Positions 9,780-18,975 of a DNA stretch of 64,000 bases are shown here, one piece after another; within the stretch, counting starts at the first letter, position 1, and the number at the start of each line of letters is the position of its first letter. Below the pieces are notes generated by a model. It was not told the DNA's origin. It searched no databases and saw nothing but the letters and a program-made list of their open reading frames with translations. The position numbers and the translations under genes are program-made. Source of the stretch: an uncultured Gammaproteobacteria bacterium (GTDB lineage Bacteria; Patescibacteriota; Patescibacteriia; Patescibacteriales; UBA12465); assembly GCA_964570655.1 (NCBI GenBank), contig CAZMYU010000002.1, positions 11,367 to 75,366 on the forward strand, read 5' to 3'.

Positions 9780-10256
9780 TTAGTCATCGTCTTTTTTTCT
9801 GTATTTAAGCCAAATAATGCTTATTAATGCGATGACATCGGTGATTAACATTATTATCGTTAATCTTTTTAATTTTTTTTGGGCCGATTCTAGTTGCCCG
9901 TTTTTCTCCTTTAACAAATGCCGGCTCTCTCTTTGAACCCGGGCCAACTCTTCCGAGTACACGAAGCTGTCTTTGCCTGAGTTATAAATCTCAAGCAGGT
10001 CCTTGCAGGACCAGCCTTCCTTGTCATAGGGGTCTAGCTCTGAGGGACCGACCCAGTATGAATCATGCAGATTGTGAATCCCCCTAGGCATAAACCCATA
10101 TGGAGTTGATTCCCATTCGGACACGCAGGAATTTCGATCCGGGGCTTTTATGAAGGTATAGATTTTTGTTCCTTTCAAATCTCCGTCATAAGCTAAGCTT
10201 CTAAAGGAAAAAGAAAGAGCAATACCGAAAAAAAACAAGAAAATAATTTTTTTCAT
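9780..10256 (-). CDS. Orphan secreted/membrane-anchored protein
   Basis: Signal peptide MKKIIFLFF..SLA, a Cys pair, a coiled coil, and a C-terminal TM helix with a basic tail. Confidence 0.7.
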   Translation of the reverse strand: MKKIIFLFFFGIALSFSFRSLAYDGDLKGTKIYTFIKAPDRNSCVSEWESTPYGFMPRGIHNLHDSYWVGPSELDPYDKEGWSCKDLLEIYNSGKDSFVYSEELARVQRESRHLLKEKNGQLESAQKKLKRLTIIMLITDVIALISIIWLKYRKKDDD

Positions 10257-10265
10257 TACGCTTAT

Positions 10266-10328
10266 TTTAAAATGTTAATGTTCAATAATTATAGATAGTA
10301 TTATATCATATTATTCAAAACTTGTCAA
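10266..10328 (-). promoter_or_regulatory. Consensus sigma70 promoter with boxA-like leader element
   Basis: Minus strand reads TTGACA, 17 nt, TGa-TATAAT, then TTGAACATTAACATTTTAAA. Confidence 0.75.
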
Positions 10329-10339
10329 TCATGTTTCGT

Positions 10340-10415
10340 CCCACTTTACCGGGGTTTGCCCTCCTGCTTCGCTAAAGCTACGCAGGACACAGCGCGGAGC
10401 CGAAGGCGAAGTGGG
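10340..10415. repeat. GC-rich REP-like structured element
   Basis: Outer stem CCCACTT/AAGTGGG encloses two inverted CTTCGC-loop-GCT(A/C)CGC units. Confidence 0.55.
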
Positions 10416-10453
10416 GTTGAATTCACCATTTTTTATTGCTATACTGCTGATAT

Positions 10454-11428
10454 ATGAATATTTTAATTACTGGCGGGGCCGGGTTTATCGGCTCCAATTT
10501 TATCCGTTATTGGCTCCAAAATAATCCAGCTGACAAAATTATCAATTTGGACAAGCTTACCTATGCCGGCAACTTGGAAAATTTGCGTGATCTCGAGGCC
10601 AATCCCAATTATAAATTTGTCCAAGGAGACATCGCTGATGCTAATTTGGTTAACGAGTTATGTCGGGGTTTGGATTTGATTGTCCATTTTGCCGCCGAGA
10701 CTCATGTGGACCGTTCCATTACCAGTAGCGTCGATTTTATCAAAACCAATGTAGTGGGCACGATGACTTTGCTGGAAGCCGCCAAAAAAAATGGCGGAAT
10801 CCGTTTTCATCATATTTCTACCGACGAAGTCTTTGGATCTTTGGGCAAGAACGATCCAGCTTTTACCGAAAATTCACTTTACGATCCACGTTCTCCCTAT
10901 TCGGCTTCCAAGGCTGCCTCTGATCATCTGGTCCGCGCGTATTTTCATACTCATAATTTGCCGATCACCATTTCTAATTGTTCTAATAATTACGGACCTT
11001 ATCAGCATCCGGAAAAATTAATTCCATTTTTTATTACCAACTTAATCGATGGTCAAAAAGTACCGCTTTATGGCGATGGTTCTAATGTGCGAGATTGGAT
11101 TCATGTTAGCGATCATAATCGCGGAGTCGAATTAATTATCAAGAAAGGCAAAATTGGCGAAACTTATTGTTTGGGTGGTGCCAATGAAAAAACCAACAAA
11201 GAAATTACTCATCTGGTTTTGGCTGATATGGGTTATGGCGAAGAAATGATAAATTATGTGGCCGATCGTTTGGGTCATGATTTCCGTTATGCTATTGATT
11301 TTAGTAAAGCTCAAACCGAATTAGGGTTTCAACCCGAAATAGATTTTACTACTGGGCTCAAATCCACCATTGATTGGTATAAAAACAATGAGGCTTGGTG
11401 GCGTCCAGTCAAATCCGCTAAATTATAA
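10454..11428 (+). CDS. rfbB: dTDP-glucose 4,6-dehydratase
   Basis: TGGAGFIGSN, DKLTYAGN, HFAAETHVDRSI, STDEVFG and YSASK. Confidence 0.97.
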   Translation: MNILITGGAGFIGSNFIRYWLQNNPADKIINLDKLTYAGNLENLRDLEANPNYKFVQGDIADANLVNELCRGLDLIVHFAAETHVDRSITSSVDFIKTNVVGTMTLLEAAKKNGGIRFHHISTDEVFGSLGKNDPAFTENSLYDPRSPYSASKAASDHLVRAYFHTHNLPITISNCSNNYGPYQHPEKLIPFFITNLIDGQKVPLYGDGSNVRDWIHVSDHNRGVELIIKKGKIGETYCLGGANEKTNKEITHLVLADMGYGEEMINYVADRLGHDFRYAIDFSKAQTELGFQPEIDFTTGLKSTIDWYKNNEAWWRPVKSAKL

Positions 11429-11449
11429 ATAAATTTACATACCTTGCTT

Positions 11450-12316
11450 ATGAAAATACTCATCTTGGGATCATTGGGAAATTTAGGCACTCAACTCGTT
11501 AAAATTTTCAAAACTGATAGTAATTTTGAAGTCTTGGCTTTAAACAAAGAAGACTTAGATATTACTAATAATAATTTGCTTTTGGGAAAGATCGAACAAT
11601 ATCAGCCCGGAATTATTATTAATGCCACTGGTTACAATTCGGTGGATGGTTGCGAAACAAATCCAGCTGAATATGCTGTGGCTCAAAAAATTAATGGCGA
11701 AGCTTTGTCTTATCTGGCTGAAGCCGCTCTCAAATTTGGCGCCACTTTGGTTCATTTTTCCACTGATTATGTTTTTGCCGGCACCAAGGCAGAGGGTTAT
11801 TTAGAAACTGATACTCCTGATCCGATTAATAATTATGGCCGTTCTAAACTACTAGGGGAACAAGCTATTTTGGAGGCAGCTAATCGTGGTCTTAATTATT
11901 ATCTAATTAGAACTTCTAAGATGTTTGGCCCCAAAGGATTGGATGATACGGCCAAGCCTGGTTTTTTTGATTTGATGTTGGAGTTAGCCGCTAAGGGTCG
12001 ACCGATTCAAATAGTTAATGATGAGAAGAGTTGTTTTACTTATACTGAAGATTTGGCCAAAGAGACTTTGAAGCTAGTCAGTGATGATCATTCTTATGGT
12101 ATTTATCATATCACCAATTCTGGTCCGGCCACTTGGTATGAAGCGGCCTTGGAATTATTTACTCTCAAGGGGGTCAAGGCTGAACTACTGCCGATTAGTC
12201 GCTTGGATTATGCGCGACCAGCGGCTCGACCAGCCAATTCTGTTTTGCTTAATACCAAATTACCACCACTGCGTTCTTATCAGGAAGCTCTCAAAGAATT
12301 TTTACAATTAATTTAA
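11450..12316 (+). CDS. rfbD: dTDP-4-dehydrorhamnose reductase
   Basis: GSLGNLG, STDYVF, YGRSKL and RPAARP; ATG at 11450. Confidence 0.93.
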   Translation: MKILILGSLGNLGTQLVKIFKTDSNFEVLALNKEDLDITNNNLLLGKIEQYQPGIIINATGYNSVDGCETNPAEYAVAQKINGEALSYLAEAALKFGATLVHFSTDYVFAGTKAEGYLETDTPDPINNYGRSKLLGEQAILEAANRGLNYYLIRTSKMFGPKGLDDTAKPGFFDLMLELAAKGRPIQIVNDEKSCFTYTEDLAKETLKLVSDDHSYGIYHITNSGPATWYEAALELFTLKGVKAELLPISRLDYARPAARPANSVLLNTKLPPLRSYQEALKEFLQLI

Positions 12317-12325
12317 AACAAATTT

Positions 12326-13051
12326 ATGAAAGGCATTATATTATCTGGTGGGAGCGCCACGCGACTACGGCCTTGCACCAAAATAACCTCCAAACAATTA
12401 CTTCCGGTCTATAACCGGCCAATGATTTATTATCCGCTCAATACTTTAATCAAGGCGGGAATCAAAGATATTTTAATTATTATTGCCCCTGAACGAGCGG
12501 GAGATTATTTGAATTTGTTGGGCAGTGGCAAAGAGTTTGGAGTCAAGTTTACTTATGAAATTCAAGATCATCCTGAAGGCCTACCGCAGGCCTTTTTAAT
12601 TGGCGAAAAGTTTATTGATAAAGATAATGTGACGATGATTTTGGGTGATAATATTTTTGAAGATGATTTGGCCGAGGAAATCAAAAATTTTCAGTCCGGA
12701 GCCAAGATTTTTGCCAAAGAGGTTCCAGATCCAGAACGTTTTGGAGTAGTTGAATTTGATGAAAACTTTAAAGCTTTATCCATTGAAGAAAAACCACCGC
12801 ATCCCAAGTCTAATTATTGCGTGACCGGTTTATATGTTTACGATTCCCAGGTTGTCGAGGTGGCCAAAGGGTTAAAACCTAGCGCCCGGGGCGAGCTAGA
12901 AATCACCGATGTTAATAATTGGTATTTAGAGCATCAGCAATTAAATGTCGGCATGGTGAAAGGAGCCTGGATTGATGCCGGTACCTTTGACAGCTTGCTG
13001 GAAGCGCAAATCTTGGCCAAAGAAAAATTACAAACTAAATTGATTATTTAA
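12326..13051 (+). CDS. rfbA: Glucose-1-phosphate thymidylyltransferase (short form)
   Basis: KGIILSGG..TRL, SKQLLPVY, ILGDN, EEKP and SARGELEITD. Confidence 0.93.
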   Translation: MKGIILSGGSATRLRPCTKITSKQLLPVYNRPMIYYPLNTLIKAGIKDILIIIAPERAGDYLNLLGSGKEFGVKFTYEIQDHPEGLPQAFLIGEKFIDKDNVTMILGDNIFEDDLAEEIKNFQSGAKIFAKEVPDPERFGVVEFDENFKALSIEEKPPHPKSNYCVTGLYVYDSQVVEVAKGLKPSARGELEITDVNNWYLEHQQLNVGMVKGAWIDAGTFDSLLEAQILAKEKLQTKLII

Positions 13052-13055
13052 TTTT

Positions 13056-14333
13056 ATGTCTAAAATATCCAATAGTCCTCTTAAGGGAATGGCCGATTGG
13101 CTACCCGAGGAATATAGAATTCGTAAGTATATTTTTGATACTTGGCGAAAAATTTGTTTGAGTTATGGTTTTGAAGAATATCTAACTCCGATTCTAGAAA
13201 ATGCCGATATTTATCGGGCTAAATCCGGTGAAGATATTGGCCAGAAAGAGCTCATGATTTTTGTGGATGCGGGTGGCCGGGAATTGGCTATTCGTCCGGA
13301 GATGACTCCTTCGGTGACCCGTTTAGTTTCACGGGTTTATGATAGTGCTCCGAAACCGATCAAATACTTTTCTCTAGCCAATTTTGTACGCAATGAAAAA
13401 CCCCAACGTGGTCGTAATCGCGAATTTTGGCAACTCAATGCGGATATTTTTGGTTCCACTGATTTGGGAGCAGATTTAGAAATTTTACAGTTATCCTTAG
13501 ATATTCTCCTGGCTTTTAATCCACCAGCCGGGTCTTTTAAGCTCTTGTTGAACCATCGCCAACTTTTAAATGGACTCCTGGAGTCGGCCAAAGTGAAAAC
13601 TAATTTGAAAGTTCAAACCGTAAGAATCTTGGATAAATTTCGCAAATTATCAGCTTCGGATTTTATGAAAGCTTTGGCGGATTTGGGTCTTAAAAATTCT
13701 AGTGTTGATTATCTGATAAAATTTATGACCAGCGCTAATATTGGCGAGGTCAAACAGCGTTTACCCGAATTAGCGGATAATGCTGGTCTCAAGGATATTG
13801 AAAAAATTATTAGCGAGCTAGATGCTTTGGGTTATGGCCGTTTTGCCGAGTTTGATCCGGCGATTATTCGAGGCTTTGATTATTATGATGGATTGATTTT
13901 TGAATTTTTTGATAAACATCCTGATAATAATCGAGCGATGTTTGGTGGCGGTCGTTATAATGGATTGGCTCAGATTTTTGGCAAGGCTAGTTTTCCGGCT
14001 GTGGGGATTGCTCCAGGCGATGAAACTATCAAATTGTTTTTGGAGAGCTGGGGTCTTTTAGATAATATTAAATCTAGTGAAATCGAAAAATATTATTTGC
14101 CGCTCTTGGCGCCAGAATTAATCCACGACACTCGGCGACTAGCCAAAAAATTGCGCAGCAAAAACGTGGCCGTTGAATTGGGCTTTGAAGTAGTGAAGCT
14201 TGGCAAGGCTTTGGAATATGCTAATAAAAAGAAGATCGCCAAGGTGGTAATTTTGGGAACTGAAGAAAAAAATCGTCGAGTTTATAAAATCAAAGATATG
14301 CTCAGTGGCTCAGAAAAAGAGCAGTCTTTGTAA
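13056..14333 (+). CDS. hisS: Histidine--tRNA ligase
   Basis: RPEMT, RNEKPQRGRNREFWQ, RGFDYY and GGGRY, plus an anticodon-binding C-terminus. Confidence 0.97.
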   Translation: MSKISNSPLKGMADWLPEEYRIRKYIFDTWRKICLSYGFEEYLTPILENADIYRAKSGEDIGQKELMIFVDAGGRELAIRPEMTPSVTRLVSRVYDSAPKPIKYFSLANFVRNEKPQRGRNREFWQLNADIFGSTDLGADLEILQLSLDILLAFNPPAGSFKLLLNHRQLLNGLLESAKVKTNLKVQTVRILDKFRKLSASDFMKALADLGLKNSSVDYLIKFMTSANIGEVKQRLPELADNAGLKDIEKIISELDALGYGRFAEFDPAIIRGFDYYDGLIFEFFDKHPDNNRAMFGGGRYNGLAQIFGKASFPAVGIAPGDETIKLFLESWGLLDNIKSSEIEKYYLPLLAPELIHDTRRLAKKLRSKNVAVELGFEVVKLGKALEYANKKKIAKVVILGTEEKNRRVYKIKDMLSGSEKEQSL

Positions 14334-14346
14334 TAAATAGATCGCC

Positions 14347-15117
14347 ATGTCTGTATATTATAATGTTCCGCGGAGCAAAAATATTTTTGCTCCGTCAGCC
14401 AAAACTCCTTTCAAGTTGAGTCGCTCCAAGATTGAATTATTTTCGAATTGTCCACGTTGTTTTTATCTAGATAGACGTTTGGGCATTGATCGACCGCCAG
14501 GCTTTCCTTTTAATCTAAATAGCGCCGTAGACGCGCTCCTCAAAAAAGAATTCGATCTGCATCGAGCCAAGAAGACTATTCACCCCCTAATGAAAGCCTA
14601 TGGACTAGACCTCATTCCGTTAGCCCATGATTCTCTAAATGAGTGGCGGGAAAACTTCAAAGGCGTTCAGTTTTTGCATCCGGCTACGAATTTGTTGGTT
14701 ACTGGAGCGGTTGATGATTTATGGACTGATAGTCATGGAGTTTTTTATGTTGTGGATTATAAGGCCACTAGTAAAGATAGTGAAGTAAACATTGATAGTG
14801 ATTGGCAGATATCTTATAAGCGGCAAATGGAGATTTATCAGTGGCTACTTCGGCAAAATAAATTTGAAGTTTCTAGCACTGGTTATTTTGTCTATTGTAA
14901 TGGGCGAACCGACAAGAAAGCTTTTGATGGCAAATTGGAATTTGATGTTAAAATAATTCCGTATACTGGTAGTGACGCTTGGGTGGAGTCGGCTATTATT
15001 TCAGCTCATCAGTGTTTAATGTCATCAGAAATTCCCAATCAAAGTCCAGATTGTGATTATTGCAACTACGTAAAGGCTTTGGGGACGCTAAGCAAAAAAC
15101 AAAACAAATTATTTTAG
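14347..15117 (+). CDS. PD-(D/E)XK nuclease family protein (Cas4/AddB-like)
   Basis: LSRSKI..CPRCFY, GAVDD, VVDYK, QMEIY and CDYC. Confidence 0.85.
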   Translation: MSVYYNVPRSKNIFAPSAKTPFKLSRSKIELFSNCPRCFYLDRRLGIDRPPGFPFNLNSAVDALLKKEFDLHRAKKTIHPLMKAYGLDLIPLAHDSLNEWRENFKGVQFLHPATNLLVTGAVDDLWTDSHGVFYVVDYKATSKDSEVNIDSDWQISYKRQMEIYQWLLRQNKFEVSSTGYFVYCNGRTDKKAFDGKLEFDVKIIPYTGSDAWVESAIISAHQCLMSSEIPNQSPDCDYCNYVKALGTLSKKQNKLF

Positions 15118-15126
15118 TCTTTTGAT

Positions 15127-15831
15127 ATGACTTTGACTGATTTGAGAAGGGAACTCCAGAAACTAGCCGATCCTAAAAAAGCCAAAATTCTATCTGGTTT
15201 TTTTAAAACGGCTCCTGGTCAATATGGCGCTGGCGATGTTTTTTTGGGGATAATTGTGCCCAGACAAAGAGAAGTGGCCAAAAAATATCAAAGCCTAGAT
15301 TTTGGTGATTTGCAAAAATTATTAAAATCTAAAATTCACGAAGAACGCTTAATCGCTTTGCTGATTTTAGTGGCTCGCTTTACTAGCGGAAATCAGGTTG
15401 AGCAAAAGAGGATTTTCGATTTCTATTTGAAAAATACCGATCGAATCAATAATTGGGATTTGGTAGATTTGAGTGCTCACCATATTGTCGGGGCTTATCT
15501 CCAGGATAAAAATCGTCAGATTTTGCATAAGCTAGCTAATTCCCAAAAATTATGGGAGAAACGGATTAGTATTATTAGCACTTTTTATTTTATTAGACGT
15601 CATGATTTTTCTGATGCTCTGGCTATTTCCAAAAAACTTTTAAATGATTCTCACGATTTGATTCATAAGGCTTCTGGTTGGATGATTCGGGAAATAGGGA
15701 AACGAGACCAGCAAGTTTTAATAAAGTTTTTAGATAAACATTATAAAAAAATGCCGCGCACGATGCTCCGTTATGCGATTGAAAAAATGTCAGCTAGTGA
15801 GCGAGCTAAATATTTGAAAAAATATGAATAA
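15127..15831 (+). CDS. DNA alkylation repair protein (AlkD family)
   Basis: FFKT.PGQYG.GD.FLG, NNWDLVD, KASGWMIREIGK and MPRTMLRYAIEK. Confidence 0.93.
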   Translation: MTLTDLRRELQKLADPKKAKILSGFFKTAPGQYGAGDVFLGIIVPRQREVAKKYQSLDFGDLQKLLKSKIHEERLIALLILVARFTSGNQVEQKRIFDFYLKNTDRINNWDLVDLSAHHIVGAYLQDKNRQILHKLANSQKLWEKRISIISTFYFIRRHDFSDALAISKKLLNDSHDLIHKASGWMIREIGKRDQQVLIKFLDKHYKKMPRTMLRYAIEKMSASERAKYLKKYE

Positions 15832-16777
15832 TTCTAGCGAAGTCCATGAATTGAAAATACTAGGAAAAATTGATTTGTCCAAAATCCCTGATAATCATCA
15901 CAAAAATGGTCATCCCAAAACTCCAGAGGCCCCTGAATCTTCTTGGGAGCTTTACTCTGAAAAGATAAATGTCAAGTTGGGGGAAATGGCGGCTGAAATC
16001 AATAGCGAACATGGCAATTTTTTAGATGAGAGTGCAGCGGTTGATATGGAGGCTTATCGAGGGCGAGATTTGGGTCGTTTCAACTGGGAAGTCGAAAAAG
16101 ACCAGGAATATATTGCTGGCTTAGAGTTTAAATTTTCTAGAAAAAAAGATTTGGAAATCGAAGAGTGGCGAGCTGAGCGAGAAAAACAACCAGGGGTAGT
16201 CGCTGAAAAATTAATTACTCTGGTTTTGCATAAGATTTTAAAAGAGCGATTTATTATTGCTCGGGCTTCGACTTATGATGATTATCGTCATAAAGTTGAT
16301 AATTTAATGATTGACAGAGAGACCGGGGCAGTGATTTGTGGTTTTGATGATGTTCAGGCTGGAGATAATTTTAATTCTGAAAAATTTGGTTTAGAAAATA
16401 AAGGCTCTAAAATTTTTGACGGCTTGCCTTATGGTGGAGCCAAGATAAAATACGGAGCGACCATGGAAAACGGTAGTCTGGTCAAACGGCCAATCTATAA
16501 TGTGCCAGGATTTTTCTTGGCCGCCAGCAATGAAGACTTGGAATCTTTAGCACAGAATTTGGATAATCCAGAGATTAGCACTGAGGAAGCGGATATTTTT
16601 CGACGTTTTGTAAACTCTATCAAGGATCAATTGAAAACGGTTTATAAAGAGCAGATGGATAAAATAGATGTTAAAGACGAAGATTTTAAATTGAATAATT
16701 TACGTCAGAATTTGCGAAGGTTTCAGGATTCTTTGGTGGTTTTAGAGGAAATTTCTAAAAATTTAAAAAATAATTAA
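15824..16777 (+). CDS. Hypothetical protein with an acidic DD..VD..GFD core
   Basis: 317-aa ORF tightly packed between alkD and cysS; contains ASTYDDYRHKVD and ICGFDD. Confidence 0.7.
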   Translation: MNNSSEVHELKILGKIDLSKIPDNHHKNGHPKTPEAPESSWELYSEKINVKLGEMAAEINSEHGNFLDESAAVDMEAYRGRDLGRFNWEVEKDQEYIAGLEFKFSRKKDLEIEEWRAEREKQPGVVAEKLITLVLHKILKERFIIARASTYDDYRHKVDNLMIDRETGAVICGFDDVQAGDNFNSEKFGLENKGSKIFDGLPYGGAKIKYGATMENGSLVKRPIYNVPGFFLAASNEDLESLAQNLDNPEISTEEADIFRRFVNSIKDQLKTVYKEQMDKIDVKDEDFKLNNLRQNLRRFQDSLVVLEEISKNLKNN

Positions 16778-16778
16778 A

Positions 16779-18017
16779 ATGGCAAATTTTCAAGTTTACA
16801 ATACTCTTGGACGTCGCTTGGAAGAGTTCAAATCGCAACAAAAAAAGCGAGCGACTTTTTATTATTGCGGTCCGACTGTTTATTGGACTCAACATATTGG
16901 TAATTTGCGAGGTTCGGTTTGCGCCGATGTGGTCCATAGAACCTTGGCTTATTTTGATTACCGTGTGAAAATGGTTCGAAATTATACTGATGTTGGTCAT
17001 TTGGTTTCTGATGGCGACGATGGTGAAGATAAAATTGCCAAAGGCGCTAAAAGGGAGGGCCTTAGTCCGGATGAAATTGCTGACAAGTATATAAAAATTT
17101 ATGAAGCGGATACCCAGGATTTAAATATTTTGGAGCCGACTTATAAACCCCGAGCCACCAAGCATATCCAAGAGATTATCAAGATGATTTCTAAGCTTTT
17201 TAAAAAAGATTTTGTTTATTTGAGTGATCTGGCGGTTTATTTTGATATTTCTAAATATCCTGATTACGGTCGTTTGTCGGGCCAAAAGGCTAGTGATAAA
17301 TTAGGCGGAGCTGGGCGGGGGATAGCTCAGGATGACCAAAAGAAAAATAATGGTGATTTTGCGGTTTGGTTTTTCAAGGCCGGAGAACATTTGCGGGCTT
17401 TGCAAACCTGGGATTCACCTTTTGTTTCCCCTCTGACTAATTCGGGGCTTGGTTTTCCAGGTTGGCATATTGAATGTAGCGCCATGGCCAAAAAATATTT
17501 GGGTGAGACCATTGATATTCATATGGGCGGGATCGAGCATATTCCGGTCCATCATGAAAATGAAATTGCTCAGAGTTGGGGCGCTAATGACGGGGCCAAA
17601 TTGGCTAATTATTGGTTGCATAATGAACATTTGCTGGTAGATAATCAAAAGATGTCCAAGTCTGAAGGTACTTCTTATAGTTTGGCCGAAATAAAAGATC
17701 GGGGCTTTGATCCCCTAGCTCTGAGGTATTTTTTTCTAATGGCTCATTATCGGTCTAAGCAAAATTTTACCTGGGAAGCACTTGGCGCAGCGGAAAATGG
17801 TTTCAAAAAATTAAAAAATAAAATTGTTAGCTTGGGTTCTAAAACTGGCAAAATTAATATTGATTGGCAAAATAGATTTAAGAGGGCGATTGGTCAAGAT
17901 TTTAATGTCAGTAGCTCTTTGGCCCTCCTGTCACCACTTTTAAAATCAGATTTAAGCGAGGCCGATAAATTAGCGACGATTAAAGATTTTGATAAGGTCT
18001 GGGGTTTATTCTTTTAA
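16779..18017 (+). CDS. cysS: Cysteine--tRNA ligase, C-terminally short
   Basis: CGPTVY, HIGN, PGWHIECSAM, HHENE and KMSKS; ends right after the helical DALR region. Confidence 0.88.
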   Translation: MANFQVYNTLGRRLEEFKSQQKKRATFYYCGPTVYWTQHIGNLRGSVCADVVHRTLAYFDYRVKMVRNYTDVGHLVSDGDDGEDKIAKGAKREGLSPDEIADKYIKIYEADTQDLNILEPTYKPRATKHIQEIIKMISKLFKKDFVYLSDLAVYFDISKYPDYGRLSGQKASDKLGGAGRGIAQDDQKKNNGDFAVWFFKAGEHLRALQTWDSPFVSPLTNSGLGFPGWHIECSAMAKKYLGETIDIHMGGIEHIPVHHENEIAQSWGANDGAKLANYWLHNEHLLVDNQKMSKSEGTSYSLAEIKDRGFDPLALRYFFLMAHYRSKQNFTWEALGAAENGFKKLKNKIVSLGSKTGKINIDWQNRFKRAIGQDFNVSSSLALLSPLLKSDLSEADKLATIKDFDKVWGLFF

Positions 18018-18026
18018 ATTGAATCA

Positions 18027-18956
18027 ATGAAAAATTTTTGGCAAAAAATAAAAACACCGATAATTGCTTTAGCGCCAATGGCTGGTATTTCTGACCAGCC
18101 ATTTAGAATTGTTTGCAAAAAATTTGGGGCGGATGTGGTATACAGCGAAATGATTAGCGCCGCGGCTTTGTATTATGGTTCTCCAGAAACCTTGAAGCTG
18201 ATGCGCTTTTCTAAAATAGAAAGACCCTATGTGGTGCAGCTTTTTGGCAGTGAGCCACAGCATTTTGCCAAGGCTACTGAAATTATTACCAAAAAAATAA
18301 AACCTGATGGGATTGATATCAATTTTGGTTGTCCGGTCAAAAAGATTTATCGCCAAGGAGCTGGTTCGGCGCTCATGACTGATCTAAAAAAATCACGAGC
18401 GGTGCTTGAGGCTGTTTTGGCCAATACCAATTTGCCAGTGTCAATTAAAACTCGCACAGCCGTGGGCAAAACCAAATTAATTGATTTTATAAAAAATATT
18501 TCCGATTTAAATATTTCAGCCCTCATGATCCATGGTCGAACTCTGGCTCAAGGATTTACTGGTCCAGCTGATTGGTCGATTGTCAAAAAAATTAGACCAT
18601 ATTTTTCTGGTAAAATATTAATTAATGGTGGTATCAATTCTGTGGCCGATTACTTGGAGGCTCTAAAAGCTAGTGGAGCTGATGGGGTTGGGCTGGGTCG
18701 GGGAGTTTGGGGGCGTCCTTGGTTGTTCCAGGAAATAAAAAACAAAAAAACGATAATATTAACGCCGCAGCAAATTTTTAAAATTGCTTTTGAGCATAGC
18801 CAGCTAGCTTTTAAATTGAAATCCGAGACAGGTCTTGTGGAAATGCGTTCTCATCTTAGCAACTATGTTAACGGCCTAAAAAATGCTAAAATACTAAGAG
18901 GTGAGCTAATGGAGGCCAGGAGTTTGGAGGATATAAAGAGGGTATTGAAAATTTGA
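18027..18956 (+). CDS. dusB: tRNA-dihydrouridine synthase
   Basis: LAPMAG, QLFG, DINFGCP, GAGSAL, IHGRT and NGGI. Confidence 0.93.
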   Translation: MKNFWQKIKTPIIALAPMAGISDQPFRIVCKKFGADVVYSEMISAAALYYGSPETLKLMRFSKIERPYVVQLFGSEPQHFAKATEIITKKIKPDGIDINFGCPVKKIYRQGAGSALMTDLKKSRAVLEAVLANTNLPVSIKTRTAVGKTKLIDFIKNISDLNISALMIHGRTLAQGFTGPADWSIVKKIRPYFSGKILINGGINSVADYLEALKASGADGVGLGRGVWGRPWLFQEIKNKKTIILTPQQIFKIAFEHSQLAFKLKSETGLVEMRSHLSNYVNGLKNAKILRGELMEARSLEDIKRVLKI

Positions 18957-18975
18957 TACGGGAATTAATTGGTTA

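Noticed and set aside
14347-15117. Cas4-like gene as evidence of a CRISPR-Cas locus
   Set aside because: It is a solo PD-(D/E)XK gene among housekeeping genes, with no array or other cas genes.
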